DNA of 64,000 nucleotides. It comes from Felis catus (taxonomy: Eukaryota). The DNA lies in contig NC_058369.1 in NCBI RefSeq assembly GCF_018350175.1, positions 15,998,001 to 16,062,000 of the forward strand, written 5' to 3'. Below, in pieces: positions 33,702-46,875 of the stretch; within the stretch, counting starts at the first letter, position 1, and each line of letters begins with the position of its first letter. A program made the translations under genes and the position numbers. The notes beneath the pieces are model-generated. The model was given only the letters and a program-made list of their open reading frames with translations, did not search any database and was not told where the DNA came from.

Positions 33702-34628
33702 GGGCGCCTGGGTGGCTCCGTGGGTTAAGTGTCCAACTTCGGCTCCGGTCGTGATCTTGCCGTTCGTGGGTTTGAGCCCCACACCGGGCTCTGTGCTGGC
33801 AGCTCAAAGCCTGGAGCCTGCTTCCGGATTCTGTGTCTCCTTCTCTCTCTCTCTGCCCCGCCCCCACTCCTGCGCAGTCTCTCTCTCTCAAAATTCAATA
33901 AACATTTTTAAAAATTTAAAAAACAAACAAACAAAGCAAAACAAAACCGTGAAAGGATTTTGTTAAGTCACTGTTTTGGAAAACTCCGTACGTACACGCA
34001 CAGAGAGCTATGCTTCCTTTGAAATATTTTTTAAAAGTTGCCCCCCTTCCTGGGTCAAATTGCCAGAATACTTTGTCTGAAGATGCTGCCTCTAAGGGTG
34101 GCATTTCTGAGCAACAGACACTGAAAACTTTCCAGTTTCTAATCTAATTCTACTACTGGAGCAAAAGAATTGACACATTTAAAAAAGAAAAAAAGAAAAT
34201 CGATGTATGTGTAAGCCCACGCCAAGTGTCTATGTTTGAAAATGAGGAAGGCCTAGCGGCACCTGGGTGGCTCAGTCGGTTGAGCGTCTGACTTCGGCTC
34301 AGGTCACGATCTCGCGGTCCGTGAGTTCGAGCCCCGCGTCAGGCTCTGGGCTGATGGCTCGGAGCCTGGAGCCTGTTTCCGATTCTGTGTCTCCCTCTCT
34401 CTCTGCCCCTTCCCCGTTCATGCTCTGTCTCTCTCTGTCTCAAAAATAAATGTTAAAAAAAAAAATTAAAAAAAAAAAAAAAGAAAATGAGGAAGGCCTA
34501 GTGGCTCCTGGGTGGCTCAGTCGGTTAAGCCTCTGACCCTTGATTTTGGCTCAGGTCATGACCTCATGGTTTGTGGGTTCAAGCCCTGAGTCGGGCCCTG
34601 TGCTGATGGTGCGGAGCCTGCTGGGGAT

Positions 34629-34660
<32 letters not shown>

Positions 34661-34750
34661 CTCTCTGCCCCTCCCCTGCTCACATGTGCACATGTGCATG
34701 CTCTCTCTCTCTCTCTTAAAATAACTAAACTCAAAAAAAAAAAAAAATTA
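33702..34750 (+). mobile_element. Three CanSINEs (33702-33945, 34257-34483, 34502-34750)
   Basis: TSD aaaatgaggaaggcctag flanks the second, which sits at the 5' target site of the third. Confidence 0.88.
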
Positions 34751-35904
34751 CAACAAGAAAATGAAGAAGACATACGATGTCACAGTCTGGTCCTTGCTCT
34801 GTAATCCCAAACTGCAGACACACGACACGCGAGGACCTGGCTGCTACAAAGGTTGCTTTTCTTTCATTTCAAATCCCTTCTAAAAACTTGCCTGTAATTG
34901 CAGTGATGACCGTGGATTTGTCCTTGACGTTTGGCTTTCTGTGCACGTGTCTCTTATCCCCAGAGAGAACAGGTGCTCCGGGAAGAGGCGACTGGTCCAG
35001 GTGGCATTTACAGCCTGGGGCAGGCTGGTCTTGAGACCAGGTAGGTCACGGTCCTACTTGGACATCCGGGGAATGAGCAGAAGGCAAGGGTAGCTGGAGC
35101 CGGTTTTAGGCCAGCTTTTCCCTAACAACCGGAAAGACCGCCTTCCACCTCCCTCAACAGGAGGCGTGACCCAAGGGAGGGAGGGAGGGGACTGAGTCGG
35201 AGTAGAGGAAGGGTCCGGGGCACAGTTCCATCCACCCCACGCCCCTCACTTTGTGGGCCCTCCTGGGCCCACCCCTCCTCTGCCCCAGTCCTTAGATTGA
35301 CAAACAGGCTTGAACTCATCGTGACTTTCAGGTTCTGACTCCACTCATCACCTCCTGGGTGAAGACACCCGCTCCCCGGCCCAGGGGCGTCTGTCACGGA
35401 GGGAGTTACGTATGGGCCATGGATAAAGTCCAAGTAAAGTGAACGCCCTGAGCGGGGAGGGAAAATGTGCAAATTCAGACATTAGGATTCCGGTCACACG
35501 TGTATCCCAAGGTTCCAAATACCTCCAGCTAAAAGGCTACCAGTCTTGCCACTGTTGTGATTAAATCAGGTCACCGCTTTCCTATCCAAGGGAAGAACAG
35601 ACTCCTCAACAGGAACATCGGAGTTTCATTGTTGACTTTCTGATGAAGGCACAGGAGATGTGGAGATGTGAGCAAGGGGCGTGGCCGTGAACGACCGGAC
35701 TGCTCTCCTTCATAGCTTGTTCCCACCCCCCTGCTTAACCTGAGGGTGGGGAGAACTCCCACACCCTGAGATGCTGCCGCTCCTGGGAGGAAACCGTGTT
35801 CTTTTGCTTTTAAGTAAAACTCACTATGAAAGTCTTGCTGGGTATTTTCCTGAAAGACAGCCAAACTTGAATATTTCTGTAGATAGATGTTGCGACGGTG
35901 CCAT

Positions 35905-38150
35905 ATTTTGTTTTCTTTTCTTTTTCTTTTTAGATAGAGAGACAGCGAGAGTGAGCACATATGGGGAGGGGCAGAGGGAGAGAGGATCTTAAGCAGGCTC
36001 TATGCCCAGTGCAGAGCTCAACGCTGGGGCTTGATCCCACGACCCTGGGATCATGACTTGAGCCGAAATCATGAGTCGGACCCTCAACTGACTTGAGCCA
36101 GCCAGGCGTGCCGTGCCTTAGGTTTTTGTCTACAAGCGTTTTTTCCAAGGCTCACTTATTTTTGGCTTCATATTGTCACTACTTTAATTTGATCATAAGT
36201 TCTGGGTCATTGTGCTTCCGTCATGTTTCAGGAACTTGGTTGAGTTTCTTTTTCTTACGATGGTAACTCGTGTTTTAAACGCTTGAAAGTCTTTTCAAAG
36301 GAACCAACGGAAAGGCCTTCCGGGCCATTGAGAATCTTGGGCTATACTGCCTCCCTGTGGTCACCTTGGTATCCAACAAGGGCGTCCCGCGGCCAGCCTT
36401 GACTCGGGTGGTTATACATTCGGCTGTTTCATGTTGGTCTCTGCTGCTACCATTCCTGTTGTGGACAAGAAGTGATTCCACAACAGGCTCAGGGTAGATA
36501 ATGCTCAACTCACTGGCGAGGAAAAGGAGAGCCATTGGAGGACACAAGTCGATGCCTGCGGCGAACTGAAGGTCCCAGCTCTCTCGGGCCAAACTCTGCA
36601 GATCCCTGAACCCATGGCCTTGCAACAAAGTCACAAACTGTGACAAAGCATTTTTCGCCATCCAATGCCACAAGCCCGTCTCGCGTGACTCCATGTGTAT
36701 CCAGCAATGGCTGTGGGTACCTAGTATTTGAAGCGATCCAATATGGTTGCCGTGTGGGTGGATTTCTTCTTTATTCACACTTCCCTTTCTTTATTACTGT
36801 GTTCCCCTCACTTCGATTCCTCTTAATGGTATCGCATCATCTGAAAACAGGAAGGTTGCTGAGGACCAGTCAGCCTGACCCCTCACTTTATGGAAGAAGA
36901 GCGGAGCCCGCCCCCAGAGCCAGACGCACTGACACAATAGGTGTGTGACATAACAGGCCTGGCCTCAGTTTTCACAGGCTCCCCCCATTGCACCTGCCAG
37001 CCAGCGATGCGCCATTGAGGAGAGCAGGTGGGAGCCGTTCTAAGTCCCCTGACAGCCGGCACCCACGTCGATGAGGGAGAGCGGGATCCGGAATTCGTGG
37101 GGACCATGCTTACGGCCGCTGGCTTAATCTTAGCTGCTCCTTGGAGTTACCTGGGGGAGTTGGACAAATAGTGATACCCAGCCCCACCCGCAGCACTCCG
37201 ATTTGCTGGGTCTGCAGAAGCTCGGAGTTCTAGGAAGCTCTAAGCGCAGCCAACTTTGGAAACCACTGCTTACAGCCCATCAAACCGAGCCTGCTGGATG
37301 CGGGCTGCTGTCTGAGGAAGAGTCCTGCCGGCCTAGAAGTGGGTGGCACACAGGCCAGGGAGGGTCCGGATTCGACTCCTCGATCGTCCCAGCAGAACAT
37401 TAACTCCGTCTTCCCACAAGCTGTTCTTTAAAGCATATGCATCTAGCTTTAGTTGGCAACGTAAAATATCTCTCTTTGAGGCACCAAGCATCATGCTTTC
37501 ATTTCTGCTTTCGGATTATGTTTTAACCCGTCCATTCCAAGTGAAGAGTAAATACAGATGAGGTGTCTGTTGCCCACGCGGAGCTTGGTGGCTTCAAATT
37601 CAAGACAGAAGAAGTCTCTCGGATAGGAAAGGTCTGTTTGCGATGTGTTACAAATGAATATTGGTATGGCTCATGTTGGCAAAAGAGTTCTCCCCCCACC
37701 CCTCCCCACCCCATTTCCTTGTCCCTCCGCGAGCCATCCCTTCAACTGCGTCCAGTAAAGCATTACCCCTGAAGACCTGGAAGACTCTGGAAGTCTGTGT
37801 GAGCCCTGGGTAAGGCGATGATAATCCTGCAGAGGAAGCAACAAGTCAGCCTCAAAACAGCAACGGCCCGTATTCACCCTAGAATTCCTGTGCTTTGGTT
37901 TATTTCCACTAGCTAATATTCTTCAAAAACCCCTTTTAAGAAAATCGTGATTTTTTGAAAATATTTATTTCTATTTGGAAGAGCATCAGCGGGGGAGGGG
38001 CAGAGAGAGGGGGCCAGAGGATCCAAAACGGGCTCCGCGCTGACAGTCTGACAGCAGTGAGACTTGCGTGGGGGCTCGAACTCACACACCACGAGATCGT
38101 GACTTGAGCCGAACTCAGACACTCAACCGACTGAGCCACCCAGCTGCCCC
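35905..38150 (-). mobile_element. Two antisense CanSINEs (35905-36110, 37950-38150)
   Basis: Reverse-complement SINE bodies with T tails. Confidence 0.82.
37120..37272. mobile_element. MER5A-like hAT DNA transposon relic
   Basis: ttggagttacctgggggag...cccagccccaccc...gcagccaactttggaaaccactgct. Confidence 0.6.
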
Positions 38151-40139
38151 AGACAATTACGATTTTTTTTTCCAACAGATCATCAAATCGGGACTCTCTG
38201 TTGATTGATTATCTCACTCCTTCCAAAGGGTGGAAAGTGGAGCCTGGTGGACAAAAGAGTGGGGAGTTCAAAGTCAGACTGATTTGAGGTCCAGCCTTGA
38301 GGCTGTAGGAGCTTGGGGAGGTGACTCAGAGTCCCTCTGTGGACCTCAGAGTCCTTTCCTGTCATTCTGAATACTATTCACGTCTATTAACATCTGAAAG
38401 TTATGTCGGTATGTAGTATCTAGACCAGCCCTGACCAGAAGGACGCTCTGTAATGACCGAGATGACTCCAGACTGGTGCAAAACGTGCCTAATGTGACTA
38501 CGGGACTGGATTTTTCATTTCATTTCATTTTAAAACATTCAGTGCATCCATGAACGGACAAGGCTAAGTCTGGCATAGAGTAAGTATCCAAGAAGCATCA
38601 GTATAACTTGGACTCTGGGATCAGGGATTCCTAGGCAAGTTGTAATGCTTCTAGCCTCCGTTTCCTCATCTGTGATATGGGGCCGATAACAATACCTACT
38701 ACCTCATACGTTTGTGCGGAGGATTTAATGAGAAATCGCACATTGGTTTAAGGCAGTGCCTGGCACGCGGAAGTTCTTGGAACCGTTAGCTACTTTCCTA
38801 ATAGGGGCTATTTCTTCTTTAAATTGGAATTGCCCTCCCCTAAAGAAGGCTCCGCAGTGTGGTGGGCAACCCAGCTCACTTTCTGCGGCGGAATGGAACC
38901 CCCCGCGGACCCGAGGGGGCTCTTGGGCGTGAACTCAAACACCGTGGATTTACAGCAATGGACGGAAAGGGTCTCCCAACTTGGTGGCGTCGTGTTCAAT
39001 ACGTCCGAACTTGTGTAGTGCGTTTGGAAAGGCTTTGGGTGGGGGTGGGGGGTGGGGGGATTAACCTGAGAACGTAATTCTGGCCGGATGTCGGCCCTGC
39101 AGCTCTAAGCAAACTGGGAAATGAGGGAGGCAGGCCAACTCCCCACCTCCTCCCTCTGGGATTCCGACAGAAGCAGCAAGGTGGGAACACGGTTCTCAGG
39201 TGCATTACCTGTGGGCAACCCATTCATTCATTCATTCATTCAGTGAACATTCGTGGAGGGCCTGTGCAAGACACGAGGCATGGGGTAAGGGATCTTGCCC
39301 ATTGGGTAAGTGGAGGCACTGTGTGGTTGAGTGAGAGCTGCATAGAAGCACCGTACGTAGAGGCTACGAGAAGGCACAACTATGCCAGCGAAAATAGGTA
39401 AAACGGGGCAAGGCACCATCCAGGTACCTAAAATGGCACAGCCTTGTGAGTGAGACAGACAGACGGACAGTCAGTGCGTGCTCTGACCATTCCGTAAAGA
39501 AAGCCTGGCTACAATTGTCTCTCGGTTCCGTGCCTCCTTAAATAGCTTACGCTGAACAGAATGTTCTTGTCTCTGATTGTCCCAGCACCCGCTGCCCTTT
39601 GGAGGGGGCGGGGTCACCGAGGGGTGGGGAGAGGACCTGTCTACACACCGAGACACCAGCCTCCTTGGGTTCCTGGGGCTGGTTTTGTAGTTTCCCTGTC
39701 TCTGCGTTTGCTTTCAGTTTGTTTGTACCGCAGGAAATAAGTGGAACGTCTCCTTCCCACCCCTGCTTCTGCCTGCTAGGTCGTCCGCCCGGGAGGCAAT
39801 AAAGTTACCAGTCTCTTATCATTTGGGAGGTACTTCCTGCGCATCTAACCCAAATCACATCTCTCCCCTTATCTCCTGTGTTTCCACAAATCACAAACGC
39901 TCGGAGTATTCTTTACCGCACCTTGGTTTTTTCCACTTTACGATCTTGGGCAGATTTCTTAAGCCCTCCGTGCCTCATTTTGCCCGTCTGTGGAATGGGG
40001 ATAATGATCCCAACCTCACTGACTGTTCCAAGGAGGAGATGAGTTAATAGGCTAATTGGCATATGACAACCACCCAGTGAATTTTGGCTATTAGTATTTC
40101 TTACGGTTCGCCAGGCAGATTCTATTTTCACGCAAGTGA

Positions 40140-41131
40140 ACTTATTTTTCGTAATGTCTATTTATTTATTTTGTGCGCGAGGGAGCATGCGTGCGCACAC
40201 ACGCAAGCGGAGAGGAGTAGAGAGAGGGGGAGGGAGAGCCCCAGGCAGGCTCTGCACCGTCACCACAGCCCAGTGTTGGGCTGGAACCCACGAACCGTGC
40301 GATCATGACCTGAGCTGAAATCAAGAGTCAGACCTTGGGGCGCCTGGGTGGCACAGTCGGTTAAGCGTCCGACTTCAGCCAGGTCACGATCTCGCGGTCG
40401 GTGGGTTCGAGCCCCGTGTCGGGCTCTGGGCTGATGGCTCAGAGCCTGGAGCCTGCTTCCGATTCTGTGTCTCCCTCTCTCTCTGCCCCTCCCCCGTTCA
40501 TGCTCTGTCTCTCTCTGTCCCAAAAATAAAAAAAATAAAATAAAAAATAAAAAAAACGTCGGAAAAAAAAAAAGAGTTGGACCTTACCCGACCGAGGCCC
40601 GAGGCGCCCCACAAAGGAACTTATCAACTTTTTCTTTGATTTCTGGGTTTTATGACATGGTTAGGAAAGCCTTCCCCATGCTGAGATTGCAAAACTCTCC
40701 CGGTTTTATTTCTAAAGCTGTTATGGCTTCATCTTTTACAATTTGTATCCTGGAATTCATCTTACAGCGCGGAGTAAAGTGGGGATCCAAGGTTTTTGCC
40801 CCGGATGGCACCCCATCCTCCCAAGATGGTTTATTAAATTATTTTCCTACTAACTTAAAATGCCATTTTTTTTTTTAGAGTGGAAATGATGCTTTCCCCG
40901 TTTCCCGTTCTGAGACTCACGTGTGTTCTCTAAGCTACCATTTTATTTATTTATTTTTGAGAGAGAGTGGGGAGAGGGGCAGAGAGAGAGAGGGAGACAC
41001 AGAATCCGAAGCAGGCTCCAGGCTCCGAGCTGTCAGCACCGAGCCCGATGCGGGGCTCGAACCCACCAACTGTGGGATCATGACCTGAGCCGCAGTCAGA
41101 TGCTTCACCGACTGAGCCGCCAGGCGCCCCC
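40140..41131. mobile_element. Antisense CanSINE (40140-40610) interrupted by a young sense CanSINE (40337-40571); a further antisense CanSINE at 40940-41131
   Basis: Imperfect TSD aagagtcagacctt / aagagttggacctt. Confidence 0.85.
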
Positions 41132-41732
41132 TAGATGCCGTTTTTATAATATTTTCTCTCCTGCCCCCAGGGTTGGCCCTATTTCTGTATTTCCAGTTAA
41201 ATGACTGCGTCCCCAAGCATCATTTCAGGTGCTTTGCTCCTCGGGGAGGCCCCTCAATGCGTGGGGCGAGTCCTTCTGGTGCCCCATACAGGGCACACGG
41301 CCACCGTTTCCGTGATGTGAACATTGACCAGTGGAGCCAAGAAGTCAGAGTCGCCCCCCCCCCCCCCCCGCCCCGGACTGGTGATCTTGTCATTGCAATG
41401 GTCACAAATTAGAGCGGATGCCTGGTCCCACAAAGTCCAGGTGAGTGCCGTGTGCTGCCCAAGGTGAGCCAATCACATTCTTGCTCCTAAAAGCGACGAC
41501 CACGAATGTACCCCAGAGTGGCCGGCAGTGCCCCGGAGGGGGGACTGGAGACCGCCGGGGGAGATGCTCCAATGCAGAGCTTCCTGGTGATGAGGGACCT
41601 TGGGGTAAGCTGCAGGCAAAGTCCGGGCTAGCAGCACAGCCCCCCCCAGCGGGGAGGGGAACCTGTGTGACCTTCCTCGGACACTCCCGGCTACCCAAGA
41701 GCCAAGGAAAGGGGTTTCAGGGCTTGCCATGG

Positions 41733-42323
41733 TGATGTGGGAAACTAAGGCAAATGAAAACTGAAATTCCCTTACTGCCTGCAGCCCGTTGGCGAGTCCT
41801 TGCAACAGGCAGCGTGCCCTCCCTCCAGGAGCTCAGCTGCCTCAGTGATGAAACTTTGCTGGGGGCAAAAAGGAATCTTGGCTTCACATTATCCTGACCA
41901 CCCCCCCCCCATCCTATAAGTCTACTTTAACATATAAAAAGTCCTTTGGCAACTTCCTTTATCTCAACTTCCCCATGATATATGCTGGCAATCATACTCC
42001 AAGCATATGGCCCCTGGTATACATCTGAATGGTCTCATGACTGAGGTTTTACTGAACGGTAGTAAATGACGTTTTCCTAACACGGAGGCCCTCAGGGTCC
42101 TGGAAACCTTGCTTTGAAAATTCCTTAGACCCTTACGCTGTCTCTAACCCCCTCCCAGCCTGAAGGTATATAATCAGTTACCTGTCACAACCCCAGTGCA
42201 GCTTTCTGCCCACGGTCCTGTCCCCGCGCTTTAATAAAATCACCTACGTGCACCAAAGATGTCTTTAAGAATTCCTTCTTGGCCTTCGGCTCCAAACCCC
42301 ACCATCACCCCGAAACCCCATCA
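41733..42323 (+). mobile_element. Solo ERV LTR (about 590 bp)
   Basis: Inverted termini TGATG...CATCA, TATATAA at 42167, AATAAA at 42233, imperfect flanking duplication catgg/cctgg. Confidence 0.75.
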
Positions 42324-42562
42324 CCTGGGGCCCCGTCTTTCCCAAGAGAAGACACCTCGCAATTCCTTCTCTCCTGTGATCAACCCCAGGGGTGTCCCGG
42401 CTGTCCCCATCACTGCTAGGGGAGTCTGAGCCCTCCCTAGTGCAGGCATAAAGTCCCCACTTCTCCCACACTCAACAAGGCTTTCCACTCCATATTTTTT
42501 AGCTGTCCTTTTCTTTTTCCAGACGACTTGATGGGTTTTCACGCACAGATTGTTTGCCAGCG

Positions 42563-42920
42563 GTCGTAGACTGAGTGTTTGTGACACCCCAAAATTCATA
42601 TGTGGAAATCCCGCCCCCCGATGTGACGGTGCTGCGGGGGGAGCTTTGGGAGGCGATTCGGTCGTGAGGGTGGAACCTCACAAACGGGATCGGTGCCCTT
42701 GTACGAAGGGACGCGAGAGCCTGCCCCTCTCTCTGCCCTTCCCCGGTGAGGATAAAGTGAGAACACGGCCATCTGCAAACCAGGAAGTGGGCTCCCACCA
42801 GACACCGCATGGCCTGGCAACTTGATCTTGGACTTCCAGCCTCCAGGAGCGTGAGGAGCGCTTCTGTTCTTTCAGACCCCCCGGTCTGTGGGATTTGATA
42901 TGGCACCCGGAGCTATGACA
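42563..42920 (+). mobile_element. MaLR LTR (MLT1A/B-like)
   Basis: ccccaaaattcatatgtggaaatcc...ggccatctgcaaaccaggaag...ttgatcttggacttccagcctccag. Confidence 0.8.
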
Positions 42921-43154
42921 CCAGCCCTCTCTTCTACGAGGTGTGCGTCCTTTAGGAAACTGCTTTCTTAGGGGACCTTATGTTAACTACACTAGACTGT
43001 GGCTTTTGGAAGACGAGCCCTTTCACCCCTCTCAAAGTACTGCCCCCACCCCCCAAGGTACCCCTCGTCTTTGCTCCTCTCCCCTCTTCACCTAGCACAG
43101 AGTTAACTCACAGATGACAGTGGAAAGGGTCACGAATTCGGGACTTGCATTTTA

Positions 43155-44037
43155 TTTATTTATTTATTTATTTATTTATTTTTTCAACATTTATTTATTT
43201 TTGGGACAGAGAGAGACAGAGCATGAACGGGGGAGGGACAGAGAGAGAGGGAGACACAGAATCGGAAGCAGGCTCCAGGCTCTGAGCCATCAGCCCAGAG
43301 CCCGATGCAGGGCTCGAACCCACGGACCGCGAGATCGTGACCTGGCTGAAGTCGGACGCTTAACCGACTGCGCCACCCAGCCGCCCCGGGACTTGCATTT
43401 TAAATCATTCAGTTATTTACCTAATGTTTAGTGAGAAGCTGCCCATGCTGCTAGGGCACAACGTGGGCTGAGTCCTGTGATCAAGGAATGAGGGAATCTA
43501 AAACCAGGAGCCAGCGAGCCAGCCCGACAGTCCCAGGGAGAGGGAGGGAGGGAGGGAGGGGAGGCGCGCCCTCCGCACCCCACCTACCCCGAGGAGGTGT
43601 CTTTGTCCCGACCCTGCCTCCACCCCCCCATCATTCTACCCCTCCCCCCCACACACACCCCGCCCAGTGCTGCCCTGTCAGAACTGGCTTCCTGGCTGCA
43701 GCCTGTGAACAAAAAGGAGCCACCCAATGTCTCAGGGTTATTTACATCAGGCCCGTACACAGAGGCACAAACGAAACTAGTCTAGAGCCCAACCGACTTT
43801 CCTTTGTTCTTTTTTTTTAATTTTTTTTTAATGTTTATTTATTTTTGAGAGAGAGAAAGGGCACGCATGTGAGCAGGGGAGGGGCAGAGAGAGAGAGGGA
43901 GACACAGAATCCGAAGCAGGGTCCAGGCTCCGGGCCGTCAGCCCAGAGCCCAGTGTGTGGCTCCAACCCACGAACCACGAGACCATGACCTGAGCCAAAG
44001 TCAGGTGCTTTAACCAACTGAGCCCCCCGGGCGCCCA
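43155..44037 (-). mobile_element. Two antisense CanSINEs (43155-43387 with TSD gggacttgcatttta; 43810-44037)
   Basis: Full SINE bodies. Confidence 0.88.
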
Positions 44038-45511
44038 TGAACTTTTCCTTGTTCTGAGCCCACACACCCACGTTGAGTCCCACTGGGGGCAGCATACCAT
44101 GCCCTCTGACCCCACATTTGTGAGCGTGTGTCCCCTGTCTCCCCGGCAAGGTGCCCTTGGAACATAGCCATGCCAGGCATTTTTCTCAGTGATCCAGCTT
44201 GTGTGTGTGGGTGTGGGGGGGTGGTCACACAAGGAGGAAGTACAAGGACAAGTGTGTATATGTGGGAGGAATTTCAGTGGAAACAGTGTGTGAGAAACAC
44301 ACAGGAAATTCAGGGAACCGTCAATGGTTTTGTGAGAGCAGAAAGAGAGAAGAAAGCGGGAAAAGACAGGGCTGCAGAGGGCGAATGAGGCCGAGGCTCA
44401 CACATGGTGCCGAGGAGTGCGGCTCGTGGCCGGGTGGGGGGTGGGGGGAGCGGTTTGAAGCCAGGGTACTCAAGACATCTAATTGGCCTCGCCTTGCAGA
44501 GAATGTACTAGAGGAAGGCAGGGATGGAGTCAGAGACCCCAGGCAGAGGTTTGGCTGTGCTCCTTCTGGGACAGAGCAGAGGCCCCCGCCAAGGTACAAA
44601 GCTCTGGGTATAGACAAGCGAATGGATCCAAAAGCTCCCGGGGACAAGGACTCATCAGGACTTGGACTGAGGGTGGAAGGGAGGGGGGAGGCCAGGGCCT
44701 GGGCCGCAGCCCAGGCCGACGGGAAGTACCGGCTTCAGGTGCAAATTTCAGGGCAGGTTGAGTTAGAAATCCCGGGGGAAACCCCGGGGCAGTGTCAGGA
44801 GAAGCTGCCTTGGGCCCAGCAGAGCACATGCGCGGAGGAGACCCACAGTCACAGGCAGCGGACGTGGGGGAGGACAAATGGCTCCAGACAGAACCCAGAG
44901 GAGGAAGGGCAGCAAAGAGGAGAAGGGATGCCAGGAAAGGCAGGGCCGTGCAGAGAGGAGGCCACCTTGGGAGGGACAGGAAGTGTCCGCAGCGGCAAGG
45001 GCTGCAGAGATATGAAGCAAGGTGAGGGCGGAAAAAACATCCACTGACTCTGTGATGTAATCAGAAAGGCAGAATCACTTGGTGGCCCCTGCCTCGTCTC
45101 TCCCCGCGCCGACTCACGGCCAATGACGCCGAATCGTATTTCCTCTCTCCCCGCGGAAAATCGCGCGCTTTGTGCCCAAGTTCTAGACCCTCCGGAAGGG
45201 ACAGCACCAGCCTATGTGGTTTGAAGGTCCCGGTCAGCTGGTTAGGGGTCCCTTTCAACCACCCTCTCCAGAGGGTGTGGCTGAATCCTTTGGGACGGGA
45301 AGGTGATGGGGGCTCCGAACTCTGGTGCAGAGATAGGAGCCCCAGGGGCCATCCCGTCCCTGGGGGAGCACTGGGCTGGGAGGCGGCAGACCTTCAGTCC
45401 AACCACAGGGGCTCACAGGGGCCTAGGCCCTACAAGGGTCCCCCGACAACCACCAGGGAAAACACTGTCCTACGCACATAAAATCTGCCACGATTTAATT
45501 TTGTTAAAAGG

Positions 45512-46875
45512 CGGGGGGGCGCCGGGGGGCTCAGCCGGTTAAGCATCCAGCTTCAGCTCAGGTCATGATCTCACGGTTCTTGAGTTCGAGCCCCGCATCA
45601 GGGTCTCCGCCATCAGCGTGGAGCCCGCTTCAGATCCTCTGTCTCCCCCTCTCTCTCTCTCTCTCTCTGCCCTTCCCTCGCTTGCACTCCCTCCCAAAAA
45701 TAAATAAAATATTAAAAAATAAAATAAAAGGAGAATGCCACTTGGTTTCTTACCTTTTGCTTCTACTCACAAAAAGAGATTTTTAAAAATCTATTTTAAA
45801 TATGGCTGCCCTCAGATGAGTGACTGTCCAACCCGCCTGACCCTATGGAAACAGGAGTGTGGCCACGTAGGTGGGGAAGAAGAAAGAGGAAAGAAAAAGG
45901 TGGAGGATGGGGCCAGGGGCAGGGGATGGCGAGGTCAAGTTCCTCTTCGACTCTTCACTCTCAGACAACAACGGGTGAGTTGCACCAGGATGGTCACGCA
46001 GAGTGAGTGGGCCCTGTGCCCTCGCCGGGCACGTGACTCCCCCTCCTGTGCACACAGGGGGCTTGTGGTCTTATGACACAGAGGTTTCAGAAATCTTAGT
46101 TTCTGGTTCTTGTTATGCAGGGTAAATGAAATATGTGGGAAACCCAGGGCCTGCCCACCCCGCCCCTGCAGTGGGTGCCGTGGGGCTCTGCCCGGATGTC
46201 CCTTTTCAGGGTCAGTGCACTCACCCTCCCGGCTGCTGGGGACAGGGACCACCTTCAGCCACTGGGACCTTCCCCTCCCGGAGACAACTGAGGCCAGCAG
46301 CTGTCTGGTGTGTGATTGGGAAGGCCCGGCCTCCTTCCTTCCTCGTGGGACAGCACTGCAGGGACATCCCAGGCCCAGAGCCCCTCGCAGGGTCAGCTGG
46401 GGCTTCGGGGTCTGCTTCACCCTGTGTCCGGTCCTGCCTCGCCTACTCCCTGACAGGGATGCCTCCTGGAAGCCCTCCCCAACAAGGCCTCTCTCCCTGC
46501 AGCTGTCCCGCTGAGCTCTGGACTCCCGGGAATTAGATCTAAAATAGTCTGTCTCTGTTCCTCCCCCACTTGCACTCTCTGTCTCTCTCTCTGTCTCTCT
46601 CTCTCAAAATAAATAAGCAAAAATTTTTTAATGCATTTTTTTAAAAAGGGAGGTGGCGTCTGGGTGGCTTAGTCAATGAAGAGCCTGACTCTTGATTTCA
46701 GCTCAGGTCATGATCTCACAGTTCATGAGTTCGAGCCCCACATCGGGGCTCTGTGCTGACAGTGTAGAGCCCGCCTGGGATTCTCTCTTTCCCTCTCTCT
46801 CTGTTCCTCCCCTACCTGTGTGCTCACTCGCTCTCGCTCGCTCTCTCTCAAAATAAATAAATAAACTTCTTAAAA
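45512..46875 (+). mobile_element. CanSINEs at 45512-45728, 46545-46625 (3' part only) and 46650-46875
   Basis: SINE heads, CT tracts and A tails. Confidence 0.82.

Noticed and set aside
44199..45047. 282-aa ORF on the plus strand
   Set aside because: No ATG start, purine-rich degenerate repeat-like DNA, no domain or splice support.
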